Origin: Octopus sinensis
Taxonomy: Eukaryota
Reading direction: 5' to 3'
Assembly: GCF_006345805.1 (NCBI RefSeq)
Contig: NC_043010.1
Coordinates: 9,920,001 to 9,984,000 of the forward strand
Length of the DNA stretch: 64,000 nt
Below the pieces are notes generated by a model. The model worked only from the letters and a program-made list of their open reading frames with translations. It ran no database searches and was not told the origin of the DNA. A program made the translations under genes and the position numbers. This document shows positions 1 through 12,467 of the stretch, in pieces. The first letter of the stretch is position 1. Every line of letters begins with the position of its first letter.

Positions 1-61
1 GAGCTGAACCTGGAACCATGTGGTTAGTAAACAAGCTACTCACCACACAGCCACTCCTGCA

Positions 62-105
<44 letters not shown>

Positions 106-282
106 TACACATATATATACGATGGGCTTCTTTCAGTTTCCGTCTGCCAAATCCACTCACAAGTCTTTGGTCAACCCAAGGCTATAGTAGGAGACACTTG
201 CCCAAAGTGCCATGCAGTGGGACTGAACCCGGAACCATGTGGTTGGTAAACAAGCTACTTACCACACAGCCACTCCTGCACC
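1..282 (-). mobile_element. SINE family A, two 5' fragments (heads) separated by (TA)n
   Basis: Reverse complement of head ggtgcaggagtggctgtgtggtaagtagcttg at 1-62 and 220-282; body matches the other family A copies in this window. Confidence 0.8.
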
Positions 283-600
283 TTCATTATTTTATTTTTA
301 TCTTTTACTTCATTTATTCATTTGACAGTGGCTATTCTGGAGCGCCACCTTGAATGATTTTAGCCAAACAATTTGACCCCAGTACTTGTGTTTTTTTGCA
401 GTTGTTTTCTTTTTTTTTTAGGTTTGGCACCTATTGTACCAGTTCCTTTTGCCAAACTACTGAGTTGCTGGGATGTAAACAAACTAACACCAGTTATCAA
501 GTATTGGAGGAAGAGGTTACATGCAGATGTTGAGGGCCTATATGCCCCAATATAAGACCATTTTCTTAGTCTTTGCACAGTGACTGCTTAGAAGCTTTAA

Positions 601-820
601 CCCTTTCGTTACTGTATTTATTTTGAGATTCTCTGGGTTTCTTTCAATTACGTTAAATATGACAATGAATTTAGTAAAATAACTTAACTATCATTCAGCT
701 AGTGTGAGGAACATGAATTGTGACTAAGATTTGGTGGAAGATTTTAATTCAAAACTTATGAAAACAAGACATTTGTACTCAGAGCCAGAGGCGGTTTCAG
801 CCTGGTTGGTAACGAAAGGG
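601..820. mobile_element. piggyBac-type MITE
   Basis: Perfect 12-bp TIR ccctttcgttac / gtaacgaaaggg, flanked by TTAA at 597-600 and 821-824. Confidence 0.85.
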
Positions 821-1111
821 TTAAGGTTATAAAATATGATGATGGTTAGAAAAAAGAGTAATTGATACTGCAATAGAGGTTGATAGTTTATTTTGGTTGA
901 GTTAGTCTCTTCCTACCCTGAATTTCAATCGTGGGGGAATAGGATCTTCAGGCAAATTATGAGTTGAAATTTGCCTGAAAACCCAGTGCACCCACAGGTG
1001 AAATTCAGAACAGCAAGTGACTGATTGAATCAAAATAAATACATACTTCATATGTGTGTGTGTGTGTGCCTGTGTGCATGCATGTGTACATGGGTGTGCA
1101 TATGAACATAT

Positions 1112-1545
1112 AGGTGCAGGAGTGGCTGTGTGGTAATATATAGGTGCAGGAGTGGCTTGTGGTAAGTACCAACCACATGCTTCCGGGTTCAGTCCCACTG
1201 CATGGCATCTTGGGCAAATGTCTTCTACTATAGCCTCGGGCTGACCAAAGCCTTGTGAGTGGATTTGGTAGACAGAAACTGAAAGAAGCCCGTCGTATAT
1301 ATGTATATATATATATGTATGTGCGTGTATGTTTCTGTGTCTGTGTTTGTCCCCCTAGCATTGCTTGACAACCGATGTTGGTGTGTTTATGTCCCCGTTA
1401 CTTAGCGGTTCAGCAAAAGAGACCGATAGAATAAGTACTGGGTTTACAAAGAATAAGTCCCGGGGTCGAGTTGCTCGATTAAAGGCGGTGCTCCAGCATG
1501 GCCACAGTCAAAATGACTGAAACAAGTAAATAGAAATAAAAAGAA
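1112..1545 (+). mobile_element. SINE family A, full length, with a duplicated 30-bp head
   Basis: tRNA-like head with B-box-like ggttcagtccc, ccttgggcaagtgtc core, internal (TA)/(TG)n, 3' end tgactgaaacaagtaaa; about 14 near-full copies in the window. Confidence 0.9.
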
Positions 1546-1894
1546 AAAAATATATATGCATATGAACACACAGTAGGCTTCCACATAGTTTCCATCAACC
1601 AAATTCACTCACAAGATGCCTTATAGAGGGACTGAACCTGAAACCACATGGTTGTAAAGGTAAAGTAAGCTTCTTAACCATACAGCTATGTCTGTGCCCA
1701 TATTTACAGTTCTTCACTTCAGTTCTTCATGCTTATCCAATATTTCTAATTTATTTCAAAAGAGGAAGAGAAACCTTTACTAAAATAACCTGTTAATAGT
1801 TTAAGGACTACATCTCCTTTGACTTTACTTAATTGTTAATTATGGAATATCAGAAGGTGAGCAAAGAAACAAATATTTTTATTATTATTGTTGT

Positions 1895-2110
1895 AAAGGC
1901 AGCAAGCTGGCTGAATGACTAACACACCGGGCAAAATGCTTAGCAGTATTTTACTTGTCTTTTTGTTCTGAGTTCAAATTCAGTCTAGGTCAACTTTGCC
2001 TTTCACCATTTTGGGGTTGATGAAATAAGTACCAGTTGCATTCTGGGGTCGATATAATTTACAAGCACCCCCCCCCCAAAAAAAAGTTTTTTAGGTCTTG
2101 TGCTTTTAAT
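1895..2110 (+). mobile_element. Aged SINE family B2
   Basis: Degenerate match to gcaagctggcagaat...ttctgagttcaaattc...ttgcctttca...aagtaccag shared with many copies in the window. Confidence 0.6.
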
Positions 2111-2129
2111 AGAAAATATTACTATTGTT

Positions 2130-2665
2130 ATCAGTGGACAAAAACTGGGAGGAAGTGATGAGCAGAGTGGCCAATCTCACCCAGAAATTGGTAGACCGTC
2201 GTCCCTTGCCCTACATCCTGCCTGGGAAAGCTGGAGCACTTGCTCTTCTGCTTTCTGTGAAAGGGACATGTTCCACTCATCAGACAGTCCCTCTGCTTTC
2301 AACAGCTGCTGAGTGGAGGACTGGCCATGCTGTAGCTAATGATGCACTGTCACTGAAACATCTCCAGCGTTTTCTTAATGGTGAGCAGGTATGGTTGCCG
2401 TTTGTCAAATGGGATTTTCTGCAGCTTGTTTCATTGATAGAGATGGAGTCCTGGATCAAGCTTAGGCCAAGAAAGGGTACTTGGCAGTAGGAGTGCCAGC
2501 AAGTGCTTACAGCTTTCTGTCAGTCAGGCAACAGAGTCGGTGGAAGTTCCACTATTGACTTCTGTAGGGGATTAGTGGTGGGCAAGAGTGACGATGTTCT
2601 CTGGGAAATTCTGGGCATGGGGAGGGATCAATTAACTGGCCTATTCCGGAGGACTTTGGGCAAGA
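2130..2665 (+). mobile_element. Degenerate L1/Tx1-clade LINE ORF2 fragment (C-terminal to RT)
   Basis: Frameshifted translation NWEEVMSRVANLTQK...LEHLLFCFL*KGHVPLIRQSLCFQQLLSGGLAM fits the L1/Tx1 FxFLWxG...GGLG pattern. Confidence 0.65.
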
Positions 2666-2685
2666 GCCGATGTATTATTTCCATC

Positions 2686-2733
<48 letters not shown>

Positions 2734-3744
2734 TATTATTATTATTTATTGTTTATCATATATCGTTTAATGTCTGCCTTCCCATGTTAATTTATTATTA
2801 TTATTATTAGTAAGGCAGTGACCTGATAGAATGGTTACCATGATAGGGCCAAGAACATCTCAAATCAGGTTGGTATCAAAAAGGCTTAACAAGAACAACA
2901 ACAAAATCATTTCTTGGTTTAGTCAGAGAAGGAAAAGCAGCAACCACAGCCGTTTACACAGCCTTTGAAACTGATAGAGAAATGAGAGGAAGTCATTGTC
3001 AGATTAGAGATCTGACCCAAATGCTTCCATGTTCAAGGCAGTCAATCTACATATATATATACATACATGCATATATGTATATATATTTCTTCATATACAA
3101 TTAAAGCTTCTTTACAAACGTTATTTAATCAATGTTTACATACAAAAATCTATAATGGTTGAAGTTAATTAAGCCCCAGTCAGCTCGGCTCACATACATC
3201 AACAATAGAGGCATCTAATGTTATATTTCGGAGATTCCTGGATCCTGATTAGAGACAGCAGCATGAAATCGAGAACCTACCAAAAAGAAGCGGAGAACAA
3301 AGATTCCTCATGTAGCATTGTTGATCTTGAAGCAGCAACAACAGAAATGAATCTCAGTTGTTACTGCTTGAAGATGAAGAATTGATCTCCTGAAATTGCG
3401 CTGGTACTTCACAATCACAAGACTACCTTCAAACAACATAGCTATTCTGTAAGTAAATATTGCTAAATAACCAGAATTTCCCACTGTTTTATAAATTAAA
3501 CTAATCATATGATTTTCAAAATATTTCTTCTCGTTCCATTAACTTCTCTGAATGTTTCTCAAATACTGCAGTTTATTTATTTTTTTTTTTGCTGTGTACA
3601 TGTATTTTTGAGAAGTAAAACAATTAATTTTATGCAATTATTCAACAGACAATATAAAAATGTTTTTTTATTTATTTCAATAAATATTGTAGAAGAGAGA
3701 TGATTAGTCAAAATAAAAATTAACAAAATTCAATTTCTGAGATA

Positions 3745-3789
3745 ATATATATATATATAGGTATATGTATATATATATGTATATGTATA

Positions 3790-3878
<89 letters not shown>

Positions 3879-3882
3879 TATA

Positions 3883-3918
<36 letters not shown>

Positions 3919-3970
3919 TGTGTGTATGTATGAATGTATGTATGTATGAATGTGTGTATGTATGTATACT
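3745..3970. repeat. (TA)n/(TATG)n microsatellite
   Basis: Directly visible. Confidence 0.95.
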
Positions 3971-4312
3971 AACATGAAAAAATTAAATATTTACTTTTCT
4001 CATTTGTGTTTCTATAATTATAATTGAATGTTATTTTTTTTTTAAAAAAAGAGACATTCTTATAGGAACCTTTGTCTGCTCTGATGTAGCTAAGATCTAG
4101 GTTGAACCATTTCCACAATCAATATTTTGAATGAAATTAAAGACAGCAAAACGGCAGAATCATTAATATGTAGGGCATAATGCTTAGCAGTGTTTTGTTC
4201 ATCTTTATGTTCTGGGTTGAAATACTGTCATGGTCGACTACACTTTTCATCAGAGTCAATAAAGTATGTACCAGTTGAGAACTGTGGTCAATGTAATCAA
4301 CTTACTCTGTAT

Positions 4313-4724
4313 ACTCTCTTTTACTCTTTTACTTGTTTCAGTCATTTGACTGCGGCCATGCTGGAGCACCGCCTTTTAGTCGAGCAAATCGACCCCGGGA
4401 CTTATTCTTTTTGTAAGCCCAGTACTTATTCTATCGGTCTCTTTTGCCGAACCGCTAATGACGGAGATGTAAACACACCAGCATCGGTTGTCAAGCAATG
4501 CTGGGGGGACAAACACAGACACACAAACATATACACACACACTTATATATATATATACATATATACGACAGGCTTCTTTCAGTTTCCGTCTACCAAATCC
4601 ACTCACAAGGCATTGGTCAGCCCGGGGCTATAGCAGAAGACACTTGCCCAAGGTGCCACGCAGTGGGACCGAACCCGGAACCATGTGGTTGATTAGCAAG
4701 CTACTTACCACACAGCCACTCCTG
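4313..4724 (-). mobile_element. SINE family A, full length
   Basis: Reverse complement of the family A consensus seen in the window. Confidence 0.9.
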
Positions 4725-4969
4725 TATGTATGTATGTTCCCACAAAATTGCTGGCCTTGTGCCAAAATTTGAAACTGATATTTTGAAAGAAATATACTGT
4801 CCACATGTTTGATTAATTACATGACTGCAACCAGGACAATTTAATGTCTTTCCCATTTCTGTTTTATTTAACATAATAATATGTGCTGTTAGGGATATTT
4901 CGCTACACTTTCTTGAAGATGATATTACCAGGTTGAGGATTAATTTTTAACTCATTAAAGAAACCTTAC

Positions 4970-5122
4970 TCAACAACTGGAGAATAAAGTAAGTCAAAAA
5001 TGGACCCACTGCATAGATACTGAACCTACTAGAAATAGTAGCTAAATTTTCTCTTGAATTACCCTGTTCTGTGTTAAAAAAGGAAAGATACATCAGAGAG
5101 TGTAGCCCTTGATACATTGTAT
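4970..5122 (-). CDS. Candidate internal coding exon of an unidentified, possibly membrane, protein
   Basis: Acceptor tttttctgtttttag, donor gtaagg, 153 nt, phase 1-1, open frame TMYQGLHSLMYLSFFNTEQGNSRENLATISSRFSIYAVGPFLTYFILQLL; non-repetitive; no family recognised. Confidence 0.35.
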
Positions 5123-5216
5123 CTAAAAACAGAAAAATGCAATGATCACAGTAAAACAATTTTGTTCATATATCTTCCTGATTAGGGGCTAGTTTTGAGA
5201 TAAAAATAAACAACAG

Positions 5217-5632
5217 GCGCAGGAGTGGCTGTGTGGTAAGTAGCTTGCTTACCAACCACACGGTTCCGGGTTCTGTCCCACTGCGTGACATCTTGGGCAA
5301 GTGTCTTCTGCTATAGCCTAGGCCCGACCAATGCCTTGTGAGTGGATTTGGTAGAGAGAAACTGAAAGAAGCCCATCATATATATATATATATATATATC
5401 TATGTATGTGTGTGTATATGTTTGTGTGTCTGTGTTTGTCCTCCCACCATCACTTGACAACCAATGTTGGTGTGTTTACGTCCCCGTCACTTAGCGGTTC
5501 GGCAAAAGAGGCCGATAGAATAAGTACTGGGCTTACAAAAGAATAAGTCCTGGGGTCGATTTGCTCGACTAAAGGCGGTGCTCCAGCATGGCCACAGTCA
5601 AATGACTGAAACAAGTAAAAGAATAAAAGAAT
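5217..5632 (+). mobile_element. SINE family A with 14-bp target-site duplication
   Basis: aaaataaacaacag at 5203-5216 and 5633-5646. Confidence 0.92.
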
Positions 5633-6131
5633 AAAATAAACAACAGCAAAGTGAACAATTACAAATTCTGACATCGTTTGAATATGTTTTTAACTATGTG
5701 CGGTATGTGGTTCTCTCTTTGAGAGCTTCAATGTCAAAGCTCAGCTCAAATGACCAGCTGATCAAATTTTCAGAGAATAGGGCAAAAGACAGATGGATGG
5801 GAGGGGGGGGGTAGAGAGAAAAAAAAAATAAAACCAAACCTACTTCTGATATGTAACGTTAATTTCTCTTCAGATCAGCAAAGCTTTAAATATTCTCAGA
5901 TCAAGCAATCATGAACTAATTTCATCATTATTCAGATGTTTCTCTCTACAGTTTTATGACAATTCATACGTCCTCATAGATTACTAGAAAAGTGACAAAT
6001 TTTCTCTCATGAGACAATCTTCCACAATATTGCAATCCTTCAGACTGGAATTCTAGCTTCAAAGAGGCTGAAGCAAAGTGATTCTTGACAATTTAGGTCT
6101 CCCTTTCGAAATGACTGACAAGATCACAATC

Positions 6132-6168
<37 letters not shown>

Positions 6169-7095
6169 CCCAGTTGACTGTCACGTGATTATCGTTCTTC
6201 GTGTTTTCAGTTTTATGTTGTGAATAATAAAGTTTTGCAAGCTTGAATGTGCTTATATGCATATGTGTATGCATATGCATATGTGTGTACATACATACGC
6301 ATAAAATCATATTAACACATTCAAAATACATTTAATGTATATGTGTGTGTGCATTTATATATATATGTATGTATGCATATATATGTACATAAACAAAAAT
6401 AAGCATATGTATATGTTAATGTGCATATATGTACTTATGTATACATACATATATAGTCATATATATATATACATATATAAATAATATATGTGTGTGTATG
6501 TGCATATGCATATTTTTTATGATAGTTGCATTCTCATTATTCACTGGCTGCAAGCATTCATAAAGAGAACATCTTGCTATAAATATACTCTACATAAACT
6601 GTTTATTTCTGCTCACAAATACAAAGAACACATCCTGAGTTCAAATCTTGCTAATTCAGGAAAATGTGTTTCCATAATCTTAGCAGCAACATAATATTTA
6701 ACGTTTATGCCTATATATTGATTTCAAATTTTGGTACAAGGCCAGCAACTTTGGGGCAGGGGATAAGTCATTTACATTGGTCTCAGTGCTTATCTGGTAC
6801 GTATTCTATCGATCCCAAATGGATGAGATGCAAAGCTGACCTCGGCAGAATTTGAACACAGAACATAATGACAGACAAAATACCACTAAGCATTTCGACT
6901 GGTGTGCTGATAGCTCTACCAGCTCACTGCTTTAATAATAATTCTTATACATTTATTTCAGACATTTAGATATTTACTTTGTTGAAATTTGTCTCTCTTT
7001 AAAATAGCGATATTTAAACAGAAGCGTAAAGTGACATAAGGATTTAAAAAGAAAAATGAAATGAAAAAAAAAAACAAAACCATTGTATAAATATT

Positions 7096-7325
7096 CATCA
7101 TCATCATCGTCGTTTAACGTCCACTTTCCATGCTAGCATGGGTCGGACGATTTTGACTGAGGGCTGGCGACAATGATGGCTGCACCAGGCTCCAATCTTG
7201 ATCTGGTAGAGTTTCTACAGCTGGATGCCCTTCCTAACACCAACCACTCTGAGAGCGTAGTGGGTGCTTTTTACGTGCCACCAGCACGGGGGCCAGTCAG
7301 GCAGTACTGGCAACGACCTCGCCAG
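7096..7325 (-). mobile_element. RTE LINE 3' UTR/tail fragment
   Basis: (CAT)n plus gtttaacgtccactttccatgctagcatggg...gatgcccttcctaac matches the 3' end of the RTE copies at 16916-18537 and 26560-28766. Confidence 0.8.
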
Positions 7326-8167
7326 TAAGGTGATGTGTGATATTTGTATATTCCAATTTTTAAAAGGTTTTCAAAATTGTCAACTCAATAGCAGTATCAA
7401 AAGGAACATAACTGCACATGGATATAATTTCTGTTCTGTTATCAACAAAGTATGCAAGTAGCACACAAAAATTGATCATTTAATCTTTTATTTGTTTTAG
7501 CCATTAGACTGTGGCCATGCTGGAGCACTGCCTTGCAGGGTTTACACAAACAAATTAGCACCAATACTTATCAAGAATTTTAGCCAAACCACTAAGTTTT
7601 GAGGACACTCATGAGGCTTTGGTCAGACTGGGACTATAGTAGAAGACCACTGCTCGTGGTGCCATGCAATGTGACTGAACCTGAAACCACATAGTTACAG
7701 AATGGTCTCCTTTACCACACAGCCATATAAAAAATTAGAAGGACTCATTTTCTTAATGCTTAAGGGTCTGTGACTTGAACCACAACACTGGTATTAATGC
7801 TTATCCTCAAATTAATTTTCTCAAAAGTACACACCCAGTCATTAGAAACATCATCACCCAGTCACTAATTAGGGATTCCTTTAACAAATCCATTGTTGGC
7901 ACATTGAGAGTTCTGCTTTCTGAGCGACAAAGTTACATCAATTTTCTCTCAGTCGTTTTAATGATATCACTTTTCCCTCTGCAGCCATATAAAGATACAG
8001 CTCCATGATGACTCTGTGATCTTCGGGGGGTCACTAGAATCTACATGGCTATGCAGACCCCACTTGACAACATATCATTGCTGTTCCCCTTGGTGCTCAG
8101 AACTTGTCAGTGCTTTATCAAAAACTTTGCAATGATATAAGGGCGAACCTGAAATCCTTCGTTATGA

Positions 8168-8405
8168 CTTAGTGGTTAAGGTGTTGGACTCATGATTGTA
8201 AGATTGTGGTTTTGATGCTAGGGCCAGGTGATGCATTATGTTCTTGAGCAAAACACTTCATTTCAAGTTGCTCCAGTCCACTCAGCTGGCAAAAATGAAT
8301 AATTCTGTGATGGACTGGTATCCCTTCCACATGGAGAACATATGAAAACGGAAACTGGGAAACCAGCCCTTATGGGTCAGTATGACTCGAGAAGGTAACT
8401 AACTT
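8168..8405 (+). mobile_element. SINE family G (D-type head, OR-like tail)
   Basis: Head agtggttaaggtgttggactc, core ttcttgagcaaaacacttcatttc, tail gggaaaccagcccttatg...ctcgagaagg shared with 40739-41040. Confidence 0.65.
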
Positions 8406-8759
8406 TATGCTGCCTCATATTGTGTGAAACTAGCCTGTTGATTCGAGTCTGACCACACCAGCTTATTTGGCCATCTTGCCTTCTACTTGGCTTCAAGGAT
8501 CATGCAGAAATTTCCATAAATCCTTCCTAGTCAACTGAAACCACAACACCAATGTAACATTTAGGGCTTCTTTTTATTGCTCCTTCATAAGCACACTGAA
8601 AGCTTTTCTGCTTTTGGGGAGGCTAAAAGTGATCACCTAGCTAATTCTTTGATATAATCATCAACCAAGAAGGGAGAATTTATTATGACATACTTATCCT
8701 ATATTCTGTTTCTTTATGGCTCACAACTTTGTCAAGACTATTTTTGTTATTACAAGTCT

Positions 8760-9325
8760 GTGCTTACATCACGGGTCTGGAACCCCTATCTTACCCAGCA
8801 TATTAATCATCTGGAAACTGTTCAGCAATGTGCAACCATGAGATTACCCTCCATCAGACATTTGCCATATTCTGAACACCTTACTTCCCTGGGCATGGAT
8901 ACATTGAAACTCCGACATCTGGCAGCTGACTTGGTAGACACCCATAAAATTATTAACCATCTTACTAACAATAGCTCTGAGCACCTTTTCAAACTCCACC
9001 TGTCTAACACCCGTGGACATATTTACAAAGTCAGAAAACAGCACAGCTCCCATGACTTTCGGAAACATTTTTCACGCTAAGAGTTGCTGAAGCATGGAAC
9101 AAACTGCCGGCATCAGTTGTTAGTTGTCGGAACACTGCATCGTTCAAAACTTTCATGCTTCCTGAGATTCGCCAACACGACACCTGATTTTCTCCCCTCC
9201 ATACACACACAAGCATGTATCTGACTCATGCATTGTTCGCTTTCCAGACATTTGTACATTACTGCATATAATTTATATGCACTTTTGACATGTTGTGGTG
9301 CACCTGAGCACTGTATGCAATAATT

Positions 9326-9398
<73 letters not shown>

Positions 9399-9420
9399 CA
9401 TTATTATTATTATTATTATT
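8760..9420 (+). mobile_element. CR1-clade LINE 3' end with (ATT)n tail
   Basis: Translation VWNPYLTQHINHLETVQ...YSEHLTSLGMDTLKLRHLAADL...TRGH...F(fs)TLRVAEAWNKLPASVV is typical of the CR1 ORF2 C-terminus. Confidence 0.85.
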
Positions 9421-9672
9421 CAGTAGTTTTATTTTTATAGCGTGCTTTCACTTCACTACCGAGTGCAGCTCTGTGTGCCTTGGGTATGTGCTGGGATTTG
9501 TTGTGATGCTCTGATGGTTATTGTATGGAAAGTGTTCTGCGTAGGATGTGTGCAGTGCCGAGTAGTGCAATTTTCTGTATGTTATATGTGTTTGTAAGTC
9601 CTGGTGTTTTTGTTATGTATTTGTCAGAATATTTTTTATCATGCCTAATGCACCTACTATGATAGGAATTGA
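9421..9672 (-). mobile_element. R4/Dong-clade LINE 3' end (RLE C-terminus and UTR)
   Basis: IPIIVGALGMIK(fs)...IQKIALLGTAHILRRTLSIQ*; flanked by (ATT)n on both sides. Confidence 0.8.
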
Positions 9673-10189
9673 TTATTATTGTTATTATTATTATTATTAT
9701 TATCACAAATGTGTTTGTGATTTCTGTATATTTTTCAAAGTGCCACTGTCTGCATTTGTGTTTGTAATTGCAACTATTTGTCCAATTGACATAATTTTTT
9801 TTCTTTATACATCTCCTTTTTATAGTCTGTATGTTATTTTCCTTATTTGCAACAACATTTTCTTCAAAATCTTGTAGTGTATTTACTATGACTTCATTTA
9901 CATCTACTATCTGTAACCACCACCACCCCAGACAAAGAAACCATATAAAAATTTAGCTTCTTCATCAATGAAATTCTGGGAAAAAATAAAATATATAAAT
10001 TACTAAAAGGAATAACTTATTTTTGTATTCCAAAGTAAATGAAGTGGAGACTCAAAATTTCCAAAGTGTAATAATCCAAGAAAAAGAAAAAAAAAATGGG
10101 GGAATTTTTCTATAAGGTAATCCAAGGTAATCCAAATCTTTTATGGAAATATGTTTGAAACATCTTTACTCTCTTCAAAACACTTCATC

Positions 10190-10425
10190 AACCATATAAG
10201 TAGTAGTAGTTGTCACAGCAGCAGCAACAGCAGAAGCACTAGTGGTGGTGTTGGTAGTAGCAGTAGTATTAGTAATAGCAGTAGCAGCAGCAGCAGCAGT
10301 AGCAGCAGCAGCAGCAGTAGTAGTCATAGTAGTAGTAGTAGTAGTAGTAGTAGCAGCAGCAGCAGTAGCAGTAGCAGTGGTGGTGGTGGTGGTAGTAGTA
10401 GTTGTATTAGTAATAGCAGCAGCAA

Positions 10426-10472
<47 letters not shown>

Positions 10473-10544
10473 TGGTGGTGGTGGTGGTGGTGGTAGTATA
10501 GTAGTAGTAGTATAGTAGTAGTAGTGGTGGTGGTGGTGGTGGTG

Positions 10545-10588
<44 letters not shown>

Positions 10589-10644
10589 GGTGGGTAGTAG
10601 TAGTAGTGTAGTAGTAGTAGTGGTGTGGTGGTGGTGGTGGTGGT

Positions 10645-10699
<55 letters not shown>

Positions 10700-10719
10700 C
10701 AGCAGCAGCAGTAGCAGTG

Positions 10720-10767
<48 letters not shown>

Positions 10768-10770
10768 ATG
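10190..10770. repeat. Compound (AGT)/(AGC)/(GGT)n trinucleotide array
   Basis: Directly visible. Confidence 0.95.
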
Positions 10771-10954
10771 AAGATGATGATAATGATCTTCAGCACAAAG
10801 CCAGAAACTGGTCCTTTATTTCATCAACTACTTCAGTGAGATTTGAACTGAGCAAACCAAAAATTTGAACAAGAGCAAACAAAAGCTACAAGATTATTTT
10901 TCTCTTATTCTGTACCAAATCTGTCAACCCATCGCAAGAGCAACAATAACAATA

Positions 10955-11158
10955 ATCCTTTCTACTATAGGCACAAGGCCTGAAATTTTGAGGGAGGAGG
11001 TAAGTCAAGTACATTGACCTCAGGGTTCGACTGGTACTCATTTTATCAACCCCAAAAGGATAGAAAGGTGAAGTCAACCTCAGTGGAATTTGAACTCAGA
11101 ATGTAAAGACGGACAAAATACTGTTAAGCATTTTACCCAGTGTGCTCATGATTCTGCC

Positions 11159-11165
<7 letters not shown>
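10955..11165 (-). mobile_element. SINE family B2
   Basis: cctttctactataggcacaaggcctgaaatt tail and gaatttgaactcagaa core on the + strand. Confidence 0.75.
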
Positions 11166-11193
<28 letters not shown>

Positions 11194-11269
11194 TAGTCCT
11201 TTCTACAATAGACACAATGCCTGAAATTTGGTGGGAGGGGCTTGGATTACATTGACCCCACCCCCTTTC

Positions 11270-11520
11270 TGATGGTTCTGCGTTGCTCCCACCATATCTC
11301 TGTGTATATGAGAAGACAAGATGTTGTCAGTTTCTGCTTCTGCTTTCCACTTCCTGGCTGTTTTCACCTCTGGTGGGTTACGCCTGATTTCCATATCCTT
11401 CAATTCTCTCAGCATCATGACTGTCCATATCTTCCCCAGCTTATGTATTTTGACTATTGATGCTATTGGTAGCTGCAACGAACCTCTTTTACGATAAAGA
11501 GGTGAACTGTTCAACATCTT
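11270..11520 (-). mobile_element. HERO/NeSL-like (RLE-type) non-LTR retrotransposon fragment
   Basis: Translation LYRKRGSLQLPIASIVKIHKLGK...EVKTARKWKAEAETDNILSSHIHRDMVGATQ resembles the post-RT RKWxA...HxDIVG motif of this group (recognised from memory). Confidence 0.55.
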
Positions 11521-11763
11521 TATCGTAATAATAATAATAATAATGATAATAATAATAATAATAATAATAATCATAATAATGAAATTACTGTATAATAAGT
11601 GCTTAACTGGCACTTATTTCATCAACTCCGAAAAGATGAAGGGCAAAGTTGAACTTGGTGGAATTTGTACTGAAAGCTTGAAAACAGGCAAAATGTCATG
11701 AGGCATTTGGCCCAGTATGCTGAGGATTCTACCAGCTTGCTGCCTTAATTATAATATATATAA

Positions 11764-12160
11764 TAGGTGTAGGAGTGGCTGTGTGGTAAGTAGCTTGCTT
11801 ATGAACCACATGGTTTCAGGTTCAGTCCCACTGCATGGTACCTTGGGCAAGTGTCTTCTACTATAGCCTCAGGCCGACCAAAGCCTTGTGGGTGGATTTG
11901 GTAGACGGAAACTGAAAGAAGCCCACTGTATATATGTATATATATATGTATGTATGTGTGTCTGTGTTTGTCCCCGCCCCCAACATCGCTTGACAACCAA
12001 TGCTGGTGTGTTTACACCCCCGTAAATTAGCGGTTCGGCAAAAGAGACTGATAGAATAAGTACTAGGCTTTCAAAGAATAAGTCCTGGGGTCACTTTGCT
12101 CGACTAAAGGCGGTGCTCCAGCATGGCCACAGTCAAATGACTGAAACAAGTAAAAGAGTA
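11764..12160 (+). mobile_element. SINE family A, full length
   Basis: Matches the family A consensus. Confidence 0.9.
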
Positions 12161-12467
12161 ATAATAATAATGATAATGATGATGATGATAATTCTTTTTA
12201 ATTTTGCCACAAGGCCAGTGATTTTGGGGAGGAACAAATCAATGGCATTGATTCCTGTACTTGATTGATGCTTATTTTATTGATCGCAAAAGATAAAAGG
12301 CAAAGTTAACCATGGTGGAATCTGAACTCAGAATGTAAAGAACCTGAAGAAATGCCATGAAGCATTTTGTCCAACATGTCCAAACAGGGAAAGGTTGGAC
12401 ATGTCAGTTACATCAACACCAGTACTAATAGTTGTTGTGGATGTTATACAGAATGTATAACATATAT

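Noticed and set aside
3225-3260. Hammerhead-like CTAATCA-GGA..TCC-GAAA on the minus strand
   Set aside because: Two core mismatches without compensation and no convincing stem I.
4488-4772. Recurring ORFs such as MSSNAGGTNTDTQ... and MLGGQTQT...
   Set aside because: Incidental frames of SINE family A, starting at TTG/ATG in the body and running through the internal microsatellite.
4970-5122. Weak resemblance of QGNS..LATI and FSIYAVGPFL to PIGG-type GPI ethanolamine phosphate transferase motifs
   Set aside because: The spacing would require deleting about 18 conserved residues; too weak to name a gene without a search.
9704-9912. 69-codon stop-free frame on the minus strand (IVDVNEVIVNTLQDFEEN...)
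   Set aside because: Weak acceptor, no donor, runs into a microsatellite and an R4 fragment; compatible with chance.
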